Positions 13,261-29,131 of a DNA stretch of 64,000 nt are shown one piece after another. The first letter of the stretch is position 1; every line of letters begins with the position of its first letter. The stretch spans positions 159,278,001 through 159,342,000 of the forward strand of contig OZ024740.1 in NCBI GenBank assembly GCA_964016885.1, read 5' to 3'. The stretch comes from Eledone cirrhosa (Eukaryota). A program made the translations under genes and the position numbers. The notes beneath the pieces are model-generated. The model had not been told where the DNA came from and ran no database searches. It saw only the letters and a list, made by a program, of their open reading frames with translations.

Positions 13261-13429
13261 TTTAATGCAGTTTCAATTACCTCTCTTCTGTGTATAACTT
13301 TATCATATATTCCAACTGCGCACACCTAAATGTATATCGTGATTAACTACCAGCATTAGCACTAATAATATGCAAATATGTTCATCCGTTTCAGGATACT
13401 ACTGAAACTGATAATGTACATAAGTCCTG

Positions 13430-13700
13430 TCTCTTCTTTTTCTTCGTCCACTTATTCCTGAGAGGGTAGTGGGGGCAACCATCTTCCTCAGGGTCTACCT
13501 CAGGGTCTCCTGCCCGTAAAATCTGGGTTTTGCACGTAAAATCATGTTCAGCGATTCTTTCCTGAGACATTCTAACCACGCGCCGATAGTATGGGCGCGT
13601 GGTTCTCATTTAGGAGAAGTAGCGACTCTACCAGGTGTGACTCTCTGACCTCTGGGCTACGTACTCTAGGGAGTACCGTTACTCCAAAGACCCTTGATTA
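13430..13700 (-). mobile_element. RTE (Expander/Rex3-like) 3' fragment
   Basis: Similar to 34480-34705, 35750-36230 and 43530-44210; GAA-rich tail. Confidence 0.65.
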
Positions 13701-13974
13701 CGTATTTTTTGTGGTTGTGGAGACAATATACATGTCCTCTGATGAAAACTCAATAAGGCATGAAAACCGATTAGGCTATCATTTTCCAATTTACAGGGAA
13801 ATACGTATATTTAAAGCATGTCTACATGGCTACACTCTTCTACTTCCTTTTCCTTTTTCCTTTTTTCTTTTTCTTTTTTTCTTTTTCTTTTCCTTTTTCT
13901 TTTTCTTTTTCCTTTTTCTTTTTTCATTTTCTTTTTTTCTTTTTCTTCTTTTACTGCTTTTTATTTTTCTTCTG

Positions 13975-14740
13975 ATTCATGAGAAGGTCACGGTGGCAGG
14001 GTTTTATCAGAAGCAGCCATCTGAAAGTTATCCAGCTCGATCCTTAAGCAGGATCAACCGAGCTTATGGATGTTATCTAACCATATTCCTCCTGGTTTAC
14101 TCATGGTTCTCCTGCCAGATGGCCTTTGCCGTAAAATCTATCCTGTGATTATTTCCTGGGATATTCTAGCCAAATGTCCGAGGTATCGGAACTATGATTT
14201 CCAGCTGTACCTGGAGTGACACTCTCATCTCCAAGCTTGTATTTGCAATCGTATTTTTTCGGTCATTACTCAAAATTCATAAACAAGCATACATACCTTT
14301 GCAATACTCCCACGATTTATGAAAGACCTGCCGTTGAGCGAATATTTGGTCGTCTGTGCAATGTCCAGGGCGAAACCCGAACTGTTCATCAGCTAGCTCG
14401 GATCCGACAATATTTCTACATCTCTTTACATAGATTTTACTGGCTTAGCAAAGACATTCCTGTATAATTAGAGCAGTCTCTCATTTGGAAAATCGGTTAT
14501 CACTTCGGATTTTCATTGCTTTGGTGCCTTTCCAGAGATCCATGCTACCCGGCAGACACGTGTCAGCCAGAGCATAGCTTGCCACATTTGAGCGCCTTAA
14601 TTGATCTGGCGATTTCCCCCCAAACAGGTAGTCGTTGACCCTAGATGCATCGCATGTGCACATAAGGTTTTGACTGAAGATCAGCAAACTGTTCTCTCTA
14701 CCTTGTGAATATCCATCTCTCCTTAGAGAGATGTACTTCT
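13975..14740 (-). mobile_element. Internally deleted RTE LINE remnant
   Basis: The minus frame at about 14280-14400 reads LADEQFGFRPGHCTDDQIFAQRQVFHKSWEYCK (RT domain start). Confidence 0.7.
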
Positions 14741-15095
14741 ATTCTGTGTATATAGAGACATAAATATATTACATACTTCGGATGTCAAGCGCTCACAATA
14801 TGTATCTCAATTATTTAACAGCATCAACGCTAATAATATGCAAACCATTACGTCCAATTGAGAATACTATAAGTGATAGCATGAATAAGTCGCTCGATTA
14901 CATATTTCCTTGTGACTGTTTAAGTGATAATCATGCATTCTGTTGAAAGCCTAACAAGGCTTAAAAAGTGAATAAATGCATTTACCATTCTTCAGTTGAT
15001 ATTTGGCATGTGTATTTATTCATTATATCTATTTAAATACAAATTTACACTGTCAGGATTAACTTTACTTATCATATATTTCAACTGCTGAGTGC

Positions 15096-15214
<119 letters not shown>

Positions 15215-15644
15215 TGTGCGTGTACGTGTACGTGTTATAGCTTAATTGCTATAAATTAATGTTTTATCTCTCGATTTGTCAGACGCTGTGACTCCGTGTA
15301 GACAAGCAGTACCGTTTGTAGGGGTCGAAACTACCAAAGTCCATCTCAACGCCCGATGACACTGGACTTCTATGTCTTTCCTTTGTATTTTTATTTAAAA
15401 AAAAATAATTTTAAGGTTTTCCATTATAAAAAATTGTTTTTCGTTCGTTCGCTTGCCCTCTCTTTGTTTATATATATATAGTAATAATAATAAATGTGAA
15501 GACTAAAATCTAAAAGTTTAAGCAAAGAATCGCTGCTTTCACCCTTAACCGTTATTTTAATAAATATTTGCTCTATGGTTCTTATATATTTGATATCGTA
15601 CTGCCTCTCTGTTTTGTTCCCGTTCCATTTTCACTATATATATA

Positions 15645-15960
15645 TAAAAGAAAAAAGATGAAATCGAAAATGCAGCTGGAGCCTTATTTAAAAAAAAATA
15701 TATGTATTTATTAGGTTCCTTTACTGGTTTCGCAGTTCTTCTGCTTTTCAAAAGTAGAGTTGAGATGGAGGGTCTGTGGTTTTTCTCACATCTCACATCA
15801 GATGTGAGAAATACCACAGCCCCTCCATCTCAACTCTACTTTTGAAAAGCAAAAGAACTGCGAAACTGGTAAAGGAACCAAATAAATATATATATTTAAA
15901 AAAAAAATAAAACTCCAGTTGCATTTTCCATTTCATCTTTTTTTCTTTATACTTTCACTG
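15645..15960 (+). mobile_element. Fold-back element (family F7) with a U3-A8 variant hammerhead motif in each arm
   Basis: Arms of about 150 bp around the loop TCACATCA (15796-15803); TTGAAAA gcag..ctgc GAAAC.GGTA aagg motif. Confidence 0.8.
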
Positions 15961-16416
15961 AGAAGAAAGAAGTAGTATTCTTCTTTCTTCTCGTGTTTTT
16001 TTTTATATATATAATTACCTCGGCTGCGTTTGTCTGTTTCTCTCTTACTGCTTCCCCGTTCTCTCTGTTTCTCTCACCTTCTTTCGCCCCCTCTGTCAGT
16101 TACACTTTCTCTCGACTGACCGCTTCCTCGCACTTCCACTCACTCACTCTCTGTTTCTCCCCTTCTCACTTCCTCCCGTTTTGGCTTACAGTGGGTCTCT
16201 TCTTGCTTACATCTCACTCATGTCGGACGGTCTGTACCTTTCGCTCATGAAATGCACCCAGTTTATGCTGACCGAACAACCATGTTGCTTGTTTTTTTTC
16301 CTATCTTTGGTTTGCTTTTATCCTTCTATGTTGTTTACTTGTCCCCTTCGCTTTACGCGATTTACTGGTCCCAATAACTTTTTTTAGTTATTGCTCGCAC
16401 CAACCTGAGGTATATG

Positions 16417-16463
<47 letters not shown>

Positions 16464-16480
16464 ACATATATGTATATATG

Positions 16481-18355
16481 TGTAGGTGTTAGTGGGATGT
16501 GTGTGTGTGTGAAGGGGTGTAGGTGGAACGGGGAGAGGGAGAGAGAGAGGAAGAGAAGAGGTGTTAGGGACGGAGGAGGGAGCGTAGTGTACTGGTGTGT
16601 GTGTGCATGTTTGGATGAGTGTGTGTGGTAAAGGGGGTGTTAATGGGTGTTAGTGATGTTAGTTGTGGGGTAGTCAGAGTAGATGTGTGGGTGAGGGTTA
16701 GTGGTGGTAGTAGGGTGTGTGGATAGTGTGAGTGCGTGTATATATGTTCAGGTGGGTGTGTGCGTGTTAGGGGGAGGGTGGGGATGTTAGTTGGGGGAGA
16801 GCCTGGATGGTGGGGTGGGGGTGTTAGTATTGTTAGTTGTGGGATGGGCCAAGGGGTTGACGCGGTGAAAAGGAGGAGTGTGTTAGTGGTGTTAGTGGGG
16901 AATGTGTGGAGGAGGGGGCTGTCGAAGGCTAAAGGAATATCCCCGGCCTGAACCCCCTATTCCTTTAGCCTTCGACAGCCCCCGCCCCACACATTCCCCA
17001 CTAACACCACTAACACACTCCTCCTTTTCACCGCCCCAACCCCGTGGCCCATCCCACAACTAACAATACTAACACCTCCAACTAACTATACTAACATCCC
17101 CACCCTCCTAATACGCACCCACCCACCTGAACATATATACACGCACCACTCACACTATCCACACACCCTACTACCACTACTAACCCTCACCCACTAACAC
17201 CCCCTTTACCACACACACACTCATCCAAACACGCACACCACACCAGTACACTACACTCCCTCCTCCGTCCCCAACACCTCTTCTCTCCCTCTCTCTCTCC
17301 CTCTCTCCCTCTCCCTCTCCCCGCTCCACCTACATCCCTTCACACACATACATCCCACTAACACCTCTACTAATATACACCCCATCCCCCGACATCACCA
17401 CCTTCTGCCTCCACCCTTTACACCTACTCATCCTCTCCCCTGTCCACCGCACCTCCGCACACACAGACACACACACAACCCTCACCGCACTGACCGTTTC
17501 TCCACCTGTCATCCTCCTCTACTGTTATCTCTTCACCATTCCTTGACCCTCTGACCACTTCCTGTTGCGCGCGCACCCCACTTCCCTCCACCTCCGACCA
17601 CCACCAACATTGGATTCTACACCACCTGTCATCGTTCCAGCCATCCACTCCATAAAATGAAAAATATCCAGCTTCTCATCGCACACTCCACGAACTACCT
17701 TAGGAACTTACCCACGAACATACACTCACATTTTCTTTTCTTACCACGCCACCTACATCCACACCACGTATAAACACAAACACACAAGTGCGTACCCCCA
17801 CATATACACACTCAGCCTCCAGAATCCACACGCCCCCTTCCTCACCCCCTCACTCCTCTCCTTCCACACGCATGCACACACCGACTTACACCCCATCCCA
17901 CGCGCACACCTTTTCCTGAACATGGAACCTCCTTCGTCCCCCAACTCTCACATTCACATACACACGCACACACACACACACGTACACCTACACACATACA
18001 CAAACACCACCTTCAGCTTTCCCCGCTTCAACCCCGCTTCCCACTCCCAACTCCACCCGCCACCACCCTTACACGCCTCACACCCTGCCACCACTTGTTC
18101 ATTTTATTGTTTATTTTTATGTTTATTTTTATGTATATTTTTATTTTTATTTGTTCTCCTTCCCCTTTTTTCTAAATGTCTTTCCACCCCTCCACTACAC
18201 ACCCTCGGAACTCTGTTCCAACCCAATTTTCTCCTGAAGAAGGGCTTATGCCCGAAATGTCGTTCCCTACCCCACCCCCACTCTCAAGAGCGTGAACCTA
18301 ATAAACCTTTATTTGTCTGCCTCCATGTTTTTGTTCCCGTCCAAGTTTTCACTAT
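16481..18355 (+). mobile_element. Degenerate Penelope-like insertion with a ~430-bp 5' fold-back and a 3' hammerhead motif
   Basis: 16481-16939 is the imperfect reverse complement of 16957-17371; CTGAAGAAGGGCTTATGCCCGAAATGTC at 18234-18261; flanked by (TA)n. Confidence 0.65.
18234..18261 (+). ncRNA. Minimal PLE-type hammerhead motif (degenerate)
   Basis: CTGAAGA a gggc-ttat-gccc GAAA tGTC; stem I is weak. Confidence 0.6.
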
Positions 18356-18364
18356 ATATATACA

Positions 18365-19595
18365 TCACATCCCGATGCTGAGGAGTATATAGGGAAGATC
18401 AACCACCAGTCACATCCTGATGCTGAGGAGGATATAGGGAAGATCAACCACTAGTCACATCCTGATGCTGAGGAGGATATTAGAGGGAGCTAGAGCAAAG
18501 TGCCTTCCTGCGGTCATGATTTTCATTGATTCTGTGGACCGTCACTGCCTGATGAAGATCTTATAGGCTTATGGAATCCCCAAGAAGATAGTGGACCTGA
18601 TATCACTGCTCTACACCAGCACCAAATCCCAAGTCATTACACCTGATGGGATGACAGAGTTCTTTGAGATACTGGCTGGAGTGCTCCAGGGAGATACATT
18701 GGCTCCCTACCTTTTTATCATCGTAGTCGACTATTGTATGCGCCTTGCACTGGAGAAACACCAGGACTCTGGCTTTACTGTAGCACCGGCTCAGAGCAGA
18801 AGAGTTAAGGGGAAAATGGTATCGGATGCTGAATTTGCCGACGACATAGTTTTTTGGTGACAAATACAGTGAAGGAAGCAGAGTAGTTGATGCAGGAGAT
18901 GCAGACTGTATCGATGAGTGTGGGGCTGAGAATGAATGAGACTACAACAACATATCTGGTAGAGAATGTTGAGAAGACAGAGGGGATCACTAATGTAGGC
19001 GGGAAGCCGCTAGAATTGGTTGAGGACTTCCTGTATTTGGGAGCAAAGATTGGAAATACGGAAGATGATGTGGTTGAGAGGAAGAGCAAAGCCTGGGCGG
19101 CGTGCCACAGCTTGAGATCGGTGTGGAAGTCGGACTTTCGTAAAGACCTGAAAATCCGCCTCTTCGTTGCTACAGTGGAGTCTATGCTACTGTATGGGTC
19201 TGAGACTTGGACACTGACCAAGAAACTCACTCAGATGGTGGATGGGTGCCAAACGAGAATGCTGAGGATGGCTCTGAACATTAATCAGTATACACTGAGG
19301 ATTGAAAAACTGAGCGCTGTATGGGAGCCTCCCAAAAGTCAGCTCAAAAGTGACATAGAGGAGATTGAGGTTAGTTGGACATGGTCACCGACATCCAGAG
19401 TTGACATTGCACTCAGTGGTCCCGTGGGAGCTCATACATGGACACACTGGAAGAGGAAGACCATGGTTAACGTATGTTGATGCCATAAGGCAGACACTGG
19501 TCTGTTGGAGACGCAGGACATGGCGGCGATGATGAGGGACAGAGACCACTGGAGAGATCTCGTCCATGGATCTCGTGAATTTTACCCGCCCTAGA
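18365..19595 (+). mobile_element. 5'-truncated RTE/RTEX-like LINE (RT and C-terminus), frameshifted
   Basis: SHILMLRRILEGARAK, AYGIP, GVLQGDTLAPYLFIIVVDY, FADD, FLYLG, LLYGSETWTLT; the 3' end CGCCCTAGA runs into (TA)n. Confidence 0.9.
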
Positions 19596-19597
19596 AG

Positions 19598-19659
<62 letters not shown>

Positions 19660-20050
19660 GATACATTAAGCAGATAAAAAGTGGATAAAAACTCGGAATT
19701 CATTTCCAAATGTAGGCATCTAGACAAGTATTTACTGAACGACTTGAGAAAGCAAACAATGTAACCCATTGCACATTAAATACTCTTACACATATGCCGA
19801 ATCAAACAAACCACCGTTTATAACACAAACAATTTTACATTTTACTTTGTAAACAAACTTATCTCCTTGAACACAGAAAATACCCTGACGCAACTACCAC
19901 ATATAGATACATCAACTTATATTAACAAAACATTTAAAAATCTGTCCATCTATAGAACATTTCACTTGCAGCTATCTGCCCCTATGAACTTTATTTTCAA
20001 ACTTATGTGCTTGAATCTACACATACCACGCATAGATGTATAATTGAGTA

Positions 20051-20107
<57 letters not shown>

Positions 20108-20108
20108 C

Positions 20109-20202
<94 letters not shown>

Positions 20203-20315
20203 TATATGTGTGTGTGTGGTGTGTGTGTAGGTTAAACAGAAATAACCAAAATAACAAAACAAACGGCAGATTACATGGAAGAAATATATTAGCTTAACGC
20301 TTGAAATAACAAGAG

Positions 20316-20355
20316 AGTATTAACGTTTCGGACAGTAGTATTTCATCAGAAGATA
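20316..20355 (-). ncRNA. Minimal PLE-type hammerhead motif (degenerate) within a pLTR-like remnant (~20228-20420)
   Basis: Minus strand reads ctt CTGATGA aatac-tact-gtcc GAAACGTTA; downstream AGCGTTAAGCTAATA resembles the sequence near 18290. Confidence 0.55.
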
Positions 20356-20782
20356 GAATGAGAAATAGAAGATAAATAGAAGGTGAATGAGAGGAAGGAA
20401 CGGGTAAAATGATGATAAAAAAAATAAGGGAGAATAAAAACACACCTGCGTATTCAGTCGGCCATCTCTCTCTCTCTTCGTTTTTGAATTTGTTTTGTAA
20501 TATTTCTTATGTTAAAACATGTGTTGAAACATACAGCACACAAACCACAAAAACAAGATGGTGTAGGACAGAATAAAGGAGAGACACAAAATAATAAATC
20601 AGTCACTCTGGAGTTCACAGAATGTGAGACGAAAGTAGCTTTGACAATATATAAACAACCTTCCGGCTATTGAACCAACCAGCCTGAATTTTATAATTTT
20701 ATAATAAATTGAAGTGAAAACGAACAGGTGCGTGTGTTCTTATTGGCAGCATGACCCTACAAAACTATAACAATATATATAT

Positions 20783-20968
20783 ATAATTGTTTCTATTTTA
20801 GGTACAAGGCCAGCAAATTACACAGTACATTACTGGTACTTTATTTTATCGACCCCGTAAGGATGACAGGCAAAGTTAACCTCGACGGGATTTGAACTCA
20901 GATCATAAAGGGACGTAACTCTATGCGTCAAAGCATGGTGTCCGACTCTCTACCGATACTGCCAATCC
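20783..20968 (-). mobile_element. SINE family A
   Basis: Reverse-complement match to the family. Confidence 0.88.
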
Positions 20969-21278
20969 AAATGTGTGTGAATGTATACAGATGCATACAC
21001 AATTAAATGCGTATATCTGTATACGTGTATATAGATGTAGAAGGATACGTGTGTGTCACTCTCACTCTCTATATATATAACAATCCATACCTATATATAT
21101 CTGTTTGGATATGTTTGTGAGTGTGTAGGTAAGCATGCACGCATAAGTTGAAGTGAGAGTATGTGTGGCCATAGGTATGTTGTACATATATATGTAGTGG
21201 ATATATGTGTGTAACTATATATTGATGTATGTAAAGTGTGGATATGAACGTGGGTGTATAGTTAAATAGATAGATAAT

Positions 21279-21461
21279 TGTTTCTACTTTAGGCACAAGG
21301 CCAGCAATTACCCAGTGCATTACTGGTACTTTATTTTATCTACCCCGTAAGGAGGAAAGGCAAAGTCAACCTCGGCGGGATTTGAACTCAGATCGTAAAG
21401 GGACGTAACTATGCTGGAAAGCATGGCGTCCGACCCTCTACTGATACTGCCAATCGACCGC
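21279..21461 (-). mobile_element. SINE family A
   Basis: Reverse-complement match; TSD TAAATAGATAGATAAT. Confidence 0.88.
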
Positions 21462-21892
21462 TAAATAGATAGATAATACATGTACGTAATTATATTTGTA
21501 ATTGCATACATGCATGCGCTTGTGCATACGTTGTATGTATGTGTATGTAGAAATATGTGTATATATTATGATGAATGTGAGCGCGGCTGCATGCTTATGT
21601 GTAAATATGCGTGTATGTCTGTGGATATGTATGTATGCATGCACCTTTATGAATGTATGTGAAAATATATACATTCATGCACGCAGGTATGCACTCATAT
21701 GCGTATGAGGATATATGTACATGCTTGAATATGTGATTGTGTTAGCGTTTTCTTTCTGTTTTATTTTGATTTTACCTTAATTGTATGTGCATATTTATAT
21801 ATAGTATAAGTGATGTGTGCATAAACTCATCCAGACATTTAAAATGCTTTATTTACAGACCCACATACACCACGTACACACACACATATATG

Positions 21893-21969
<77 letters not shown>

Positions 21970-22065
21970 TTCATAAAATCCTGTAATAAGGTGGAAGCAG
22001 AAATTCTTTGCTTAAACTTTAATTTGTATTAATAAATAGATATTTGCTCTACTGATTTATATGTA

Positions 22066-22120
<55 letters not shown>

Positions 22121-22124
<4 letters not shown>

Positions 22125-22742
22125 GGAAAAAATGAAACGAAATTTCATTTCTCCCTCTTGGTACGGCTGTTACTTAAATATAAGTATGTATACGTAAATA
22201 CATATATGTACACAGACCTACAGTAGTATGTATATATATATACATACATGCACACATATATATATGTACGTATGGAATCACCGAACATTTATTATAATGC
22301 TCGGTGTGTTTGTAAAAAACATCCCGAATTAAGCCGTACAGTGTCTAGCAACCATCGTTGCTCATTTGTTCAACACTGGCAAAGGAACTACTACTAGTTT
22401 CAAGCTTATTAGCTATCGTTAGCAACGTATACCTTCCTGCCAGATGATTGAACGTCTGAAAGTATATACTTTCCTTATGAATATTAACGGCTGAGCAGCC
22501 TAATTTGCATATCGAGTGAGTTAATCGGCCGGGTGCACCGAAAACGACAAACGGAAAAAATGAAACGAAATTTCATTTCTCACTCTGAGTACGACTGTTA
22601 CTTAAATATAAGTATGTATACGTACTTACATATATGTATACAGACTTACAGTAGTATGTATATATACATACATACATGCACATATATATATATGTACGTA
22701 TGGATTCACCGAACATTTATTATAATGCTCGGTGTGTTTGTG
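22121..22742 (+). mobile_element. Partial-tandem element: ~190-bp direct repeats around a possible GIY-YIG C-terminal remnant (PLE-like)
   Basis: Direct repeats 22121-22312 / 22549-22741; the spacer reads ATIVAHLFNTGKGTTTSFKLISYR*..IERLKV. Confidence 0.45.
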
Positions 22743-22749
22743 AATATTA

Positions 22750-25030
<2,281 letters not shown>

Positions 25031-25144
25031 TAGGGTAATATGCTCACCAATCAAGCTTATACACTTTCGATTGATCTAATTTCTTTAATTATGGATACAA
25101 TTTGAAGAATAATTTAGTGGTCTTAACAAGTAACAACTCAACCA

Positions 25145-25201
<57 letters not shown>

Positions 25202-25601
25202 CTCTCTCTCTCCCTATCTCTCTCTCCCTCCATCTCTCTCTCTCTCTAATGTATATTGTATATATCCAACCACATGAAGCAACCATGGAACTTTGAATTT
25301 TCAGCCACAATTTTGAACAGAAAATAAAATGTATACTATAACAGGTATTGAGTCTTTATTCAGTTATTAGTTCAAGGTTTTAAGTGAAATGGTACTTGTA
25401 ACTCCCATGTTATATACAGAGGGATATAGAGAAAGAAGGGGGACACAGGGAGTCAAACCAGACTGTAAAACGTGTCGGAAGAAAACTCGGGGCCTACCGT
25501 TTCTATCCGTCCCGAAGTGAGCATAAAATCTCAACTAATGTTTCAATATGTAGAGAAGACTGACTTTCAACCGTATATACAGACACACACGCATCTGACT
25601 G

Positions 25602-25648
<47 letters not shown>

Positions 25649-27445
25649 TCAAACACACATATATGTATATATAAAATATACACATACACAAACAAATATA
25701 CACACGTGTGCGCCTGGTACAGCGCACACACGAACACACAATACAAAGAGTCCCTCACAAACGATCACACATGCACACACTCATTTACAGACCGACGTTC
25801 GCATGCACACACACTTACACACGCAAGCGCAACAGCCTCATGCGATGTTTTGCGATTCGACGCGATGCTTTGCGACGCATGCATGCAATCTTTGTAACGA
25901 ACCACTAGTGTGTGACGGCGAATGACGAATGCGTGGCCGTCATGCTATACAGAATGGCAAGGAGGTACCTTACGTGGAGTAATTTTATCATCAACTATGC
26001 CAACTCGAAGATAATGAAAGAAGGATTAAAGGGATCCGTCCGATTCCTGCCAAGCCTGGATCCACTTTTAAAAAATCATCCTAAACCTGTTATTTTGATC
26101 GACACACTTGATGTGAACGTGTCGCCGTTTATGTTCGTCTGTCCATAACACACACACACACACAAACACATACAAACACTCTCTCCCATATACATACACA
26201 CACTCACAGAAATATATATGGATACATATATAAACACATACATAAATATGTAAATATATGTGTGCCCCAGCATGGCCTCAGCCGGATAGCTGGAACAGGT
26301 AAAAGAGTAAAAGAGTACATACATGAACGCATATATACATAATCTGTGAATCAGAAACACGCATATAAATATATACAGACACGTACATATAGACATACAC
26401 GTATACAATTAGGTTTATATATTGTCTGTGAAACTGAATCATACATAAACATATACAGATGTAAAATCACATTAGTGTATAGTCATTAAATTTGACAAGA
26501 CATATACATACGCACCAATGCAGGCATTCCCCTGCATGTAAACACGTTCTTTTCCCCACTTCTCCCCATCTTAACATTTCACTCTCCTATGTTAAGGTAA
26601 CATTACCCCCTCTCTACCGTTCTCTCGTATCTACTTTTTTTTTTCTCTGGTGAATTTCATTTCGGTTTTGTTGTTTTAAATTCTACCTTGAAAAACATCA
26701 TCATCATCATCATCATCATAGGCTTTTGACTTAAGTGTTCGAGTCTGTAGTGTATGTGTGAGTATGAGAAATAGTGTGTATCGGTGGGTATGTGAAGGGT
26801 ATGTGTGTGGATATGTGAACGTTATAATGTGTGTGGAGATATGAGTACCGTATAGTGTGTGTGTGTGTGTGAGTGTGTGTAAACTATAGAGAATATATGT
26901 GAGTTAGAGAGAGAGAGAGAGAGAGAGTAAACGGCATGGTGTGTGTGTGTGAGAGAGGGCAATGTAGTGTGCACCAGAGAAAGAACAATATAGTGTGTTA
27001 TATATATGTGAGAGAGAAAATCAAAGTGGTGTGTGTGGGAGAGAATGCAAATGGTATCATGTATATGTGTGTGAAGGAGAAAAAAGATAGTTATATGTAT
27101 ATGAGAGAGAGGGGTGTAGTTTGTGTGTGTGTGTGTGTATGCGTGTTTATGTCTGAACGGTATAGTTTATTTGGGATTGAGTAAGGTGTGCACCTCCTCC
27201 CTCAACTTCCCTCACCCCCGATCCCAGCACACATACATACATAGACACAATGACAATGACATAATGAATGCACACACACACATACACACACACATATATA
27301 TATATATGTATATATAACACCCCCACCCTCACACCTACTAGATTCGCCCTACCATCACTACTCCTAATAACTACCACCACCATTCATAATAGCAGTAGCA
27401 GTAATATGAACAATAGTAAATAAATCAACTCGTGTTTAAAGGTAC

Positions 27446-27501
<56 letters not shown>

Positions 27502-27654
27502 CACATATTTACATATATACACACATACACACACACATATATATATATATATATACACACGCATAATATATACACACACAAAAAAAAAGCTGTGACATCT
27601 TACTGGTTGTTAGCATTTGTTACGCTAACACATGGAAGAATAACAGCCACACAA

Positions 27655-27718
<64 letters not shown>

Positions 27719-28250
27719 CAATCACAGGCATACACATACACGTATATACATAGAGAGAGAGAACAAAGAGAGAAGAGATAGGTATGTATAATTGTATATA
27801 TATACACGTTAATGGGATTAACTAACGGCAAGGAAGCCTCAGTTAATTTTCAAAGTATACTGAAACTACTGTTGACTGTAGTAGTTATTATTTTTGTTAT
27901 TACACTAGTTATTTTTGCTCTTATTGTTGTTGTTCTCTGTGTTACTGTTAAGTCGGGTGTTCAGTATGCCCGTTTGATACTAACCCGCCCAAAACTACCT
28001 ATGTTTCTATGAAACAATATCATCTATTTTAAAAGTTCCTACTGAAATTAAAACCTTCCAACATATGATAATTTAAGAACATTTTATTGTTTACAAATGC
28101 CATTTAAATGGAATTACAATTTTGGTAAATTCTTCCTAAATTCTTCATTAATTAATTAAGATACAAAGTATTTCATTCGAAAGGTTTAAGTTACTTTAGA
28201 AACTCTGCAAGTGAGAGAGGGTGGGTGTACGAAGTTGGGGACAAAAGAAT

Positions 28251-28658
28251 ATGTTTAAAAGAAAAGACCTACCCCCTTTATTTCTTCTTCTGCTTCTCAT
28301 ATGTCTTATCATGGTAACACTCTCTCAAATTTTGGTTGTACACCAAAAGAGCCGCTATACGAAACCTGTACGGAAACTAACGCTCTCCAGACATGGTTCC
28401 ACTGAGATTATAACCGGCAATAAACCGAGCAACGAACCTGGTTCCATGTTCGGTTTTAGTAGCGAAAGTCAGAAATTATTGAATGAAATTTACGTAAGTC
28501 GAATAGCTTCCTTAATTCGGCTAGCTTCTAATGTTTCTAAATCTTTAGCCTATGCTCGAAGCGGGCCCATATTTGCCAACATGGACAAAAGGCATATTCC
28601 CACCGATCACATGTTTCCTCTTATACCCAGCAGCGGCGACAGCAACAACAACAACATC

Positions 28659-28744
<86 letters not shown>

Positions 28745-28935
28745 TAATGGCAAAAACATTCGCCTTTTATACTCAGAGGAATCCCCTAAAACTAGACAAG
28801 ACGTCCTTGGTAGTAACAGCAATAACAACAATGGTCTCAATGATGTGTTAAATCTACAAACATACCCGCGTGCTGTCACGAAGTTAGCCGAAACTAAGCA
28901 AATAGTCGGTGAACAAAAAACAAATCCAAACACTG

Positions 28936-28994
<59 letters not shown>

Positions 28995-29069
28995 AACAAC
29001 AACAATAACAACAATAATAATATTTTTCAAACTAATTACACCAACACTAACAACAACAGTAGGCCAAGC

Positions 29070-29131
<62 letters not shown>

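Noticed and set aside
13736-13778. cct CTGATGA..GAAAACCGATT agg
   Set aside because: Stems II and III do not pair; at best a decayed motif.
18365-18480. CRISPR-like array
   Set aside because: The spacers are identical LINE sequence, the context is eukaryotic and there are no cas genes.
18549-18560. CTGATGAAG
   Set aside because: Lies in RT-coding sequence (CLMKIL), with no fold.
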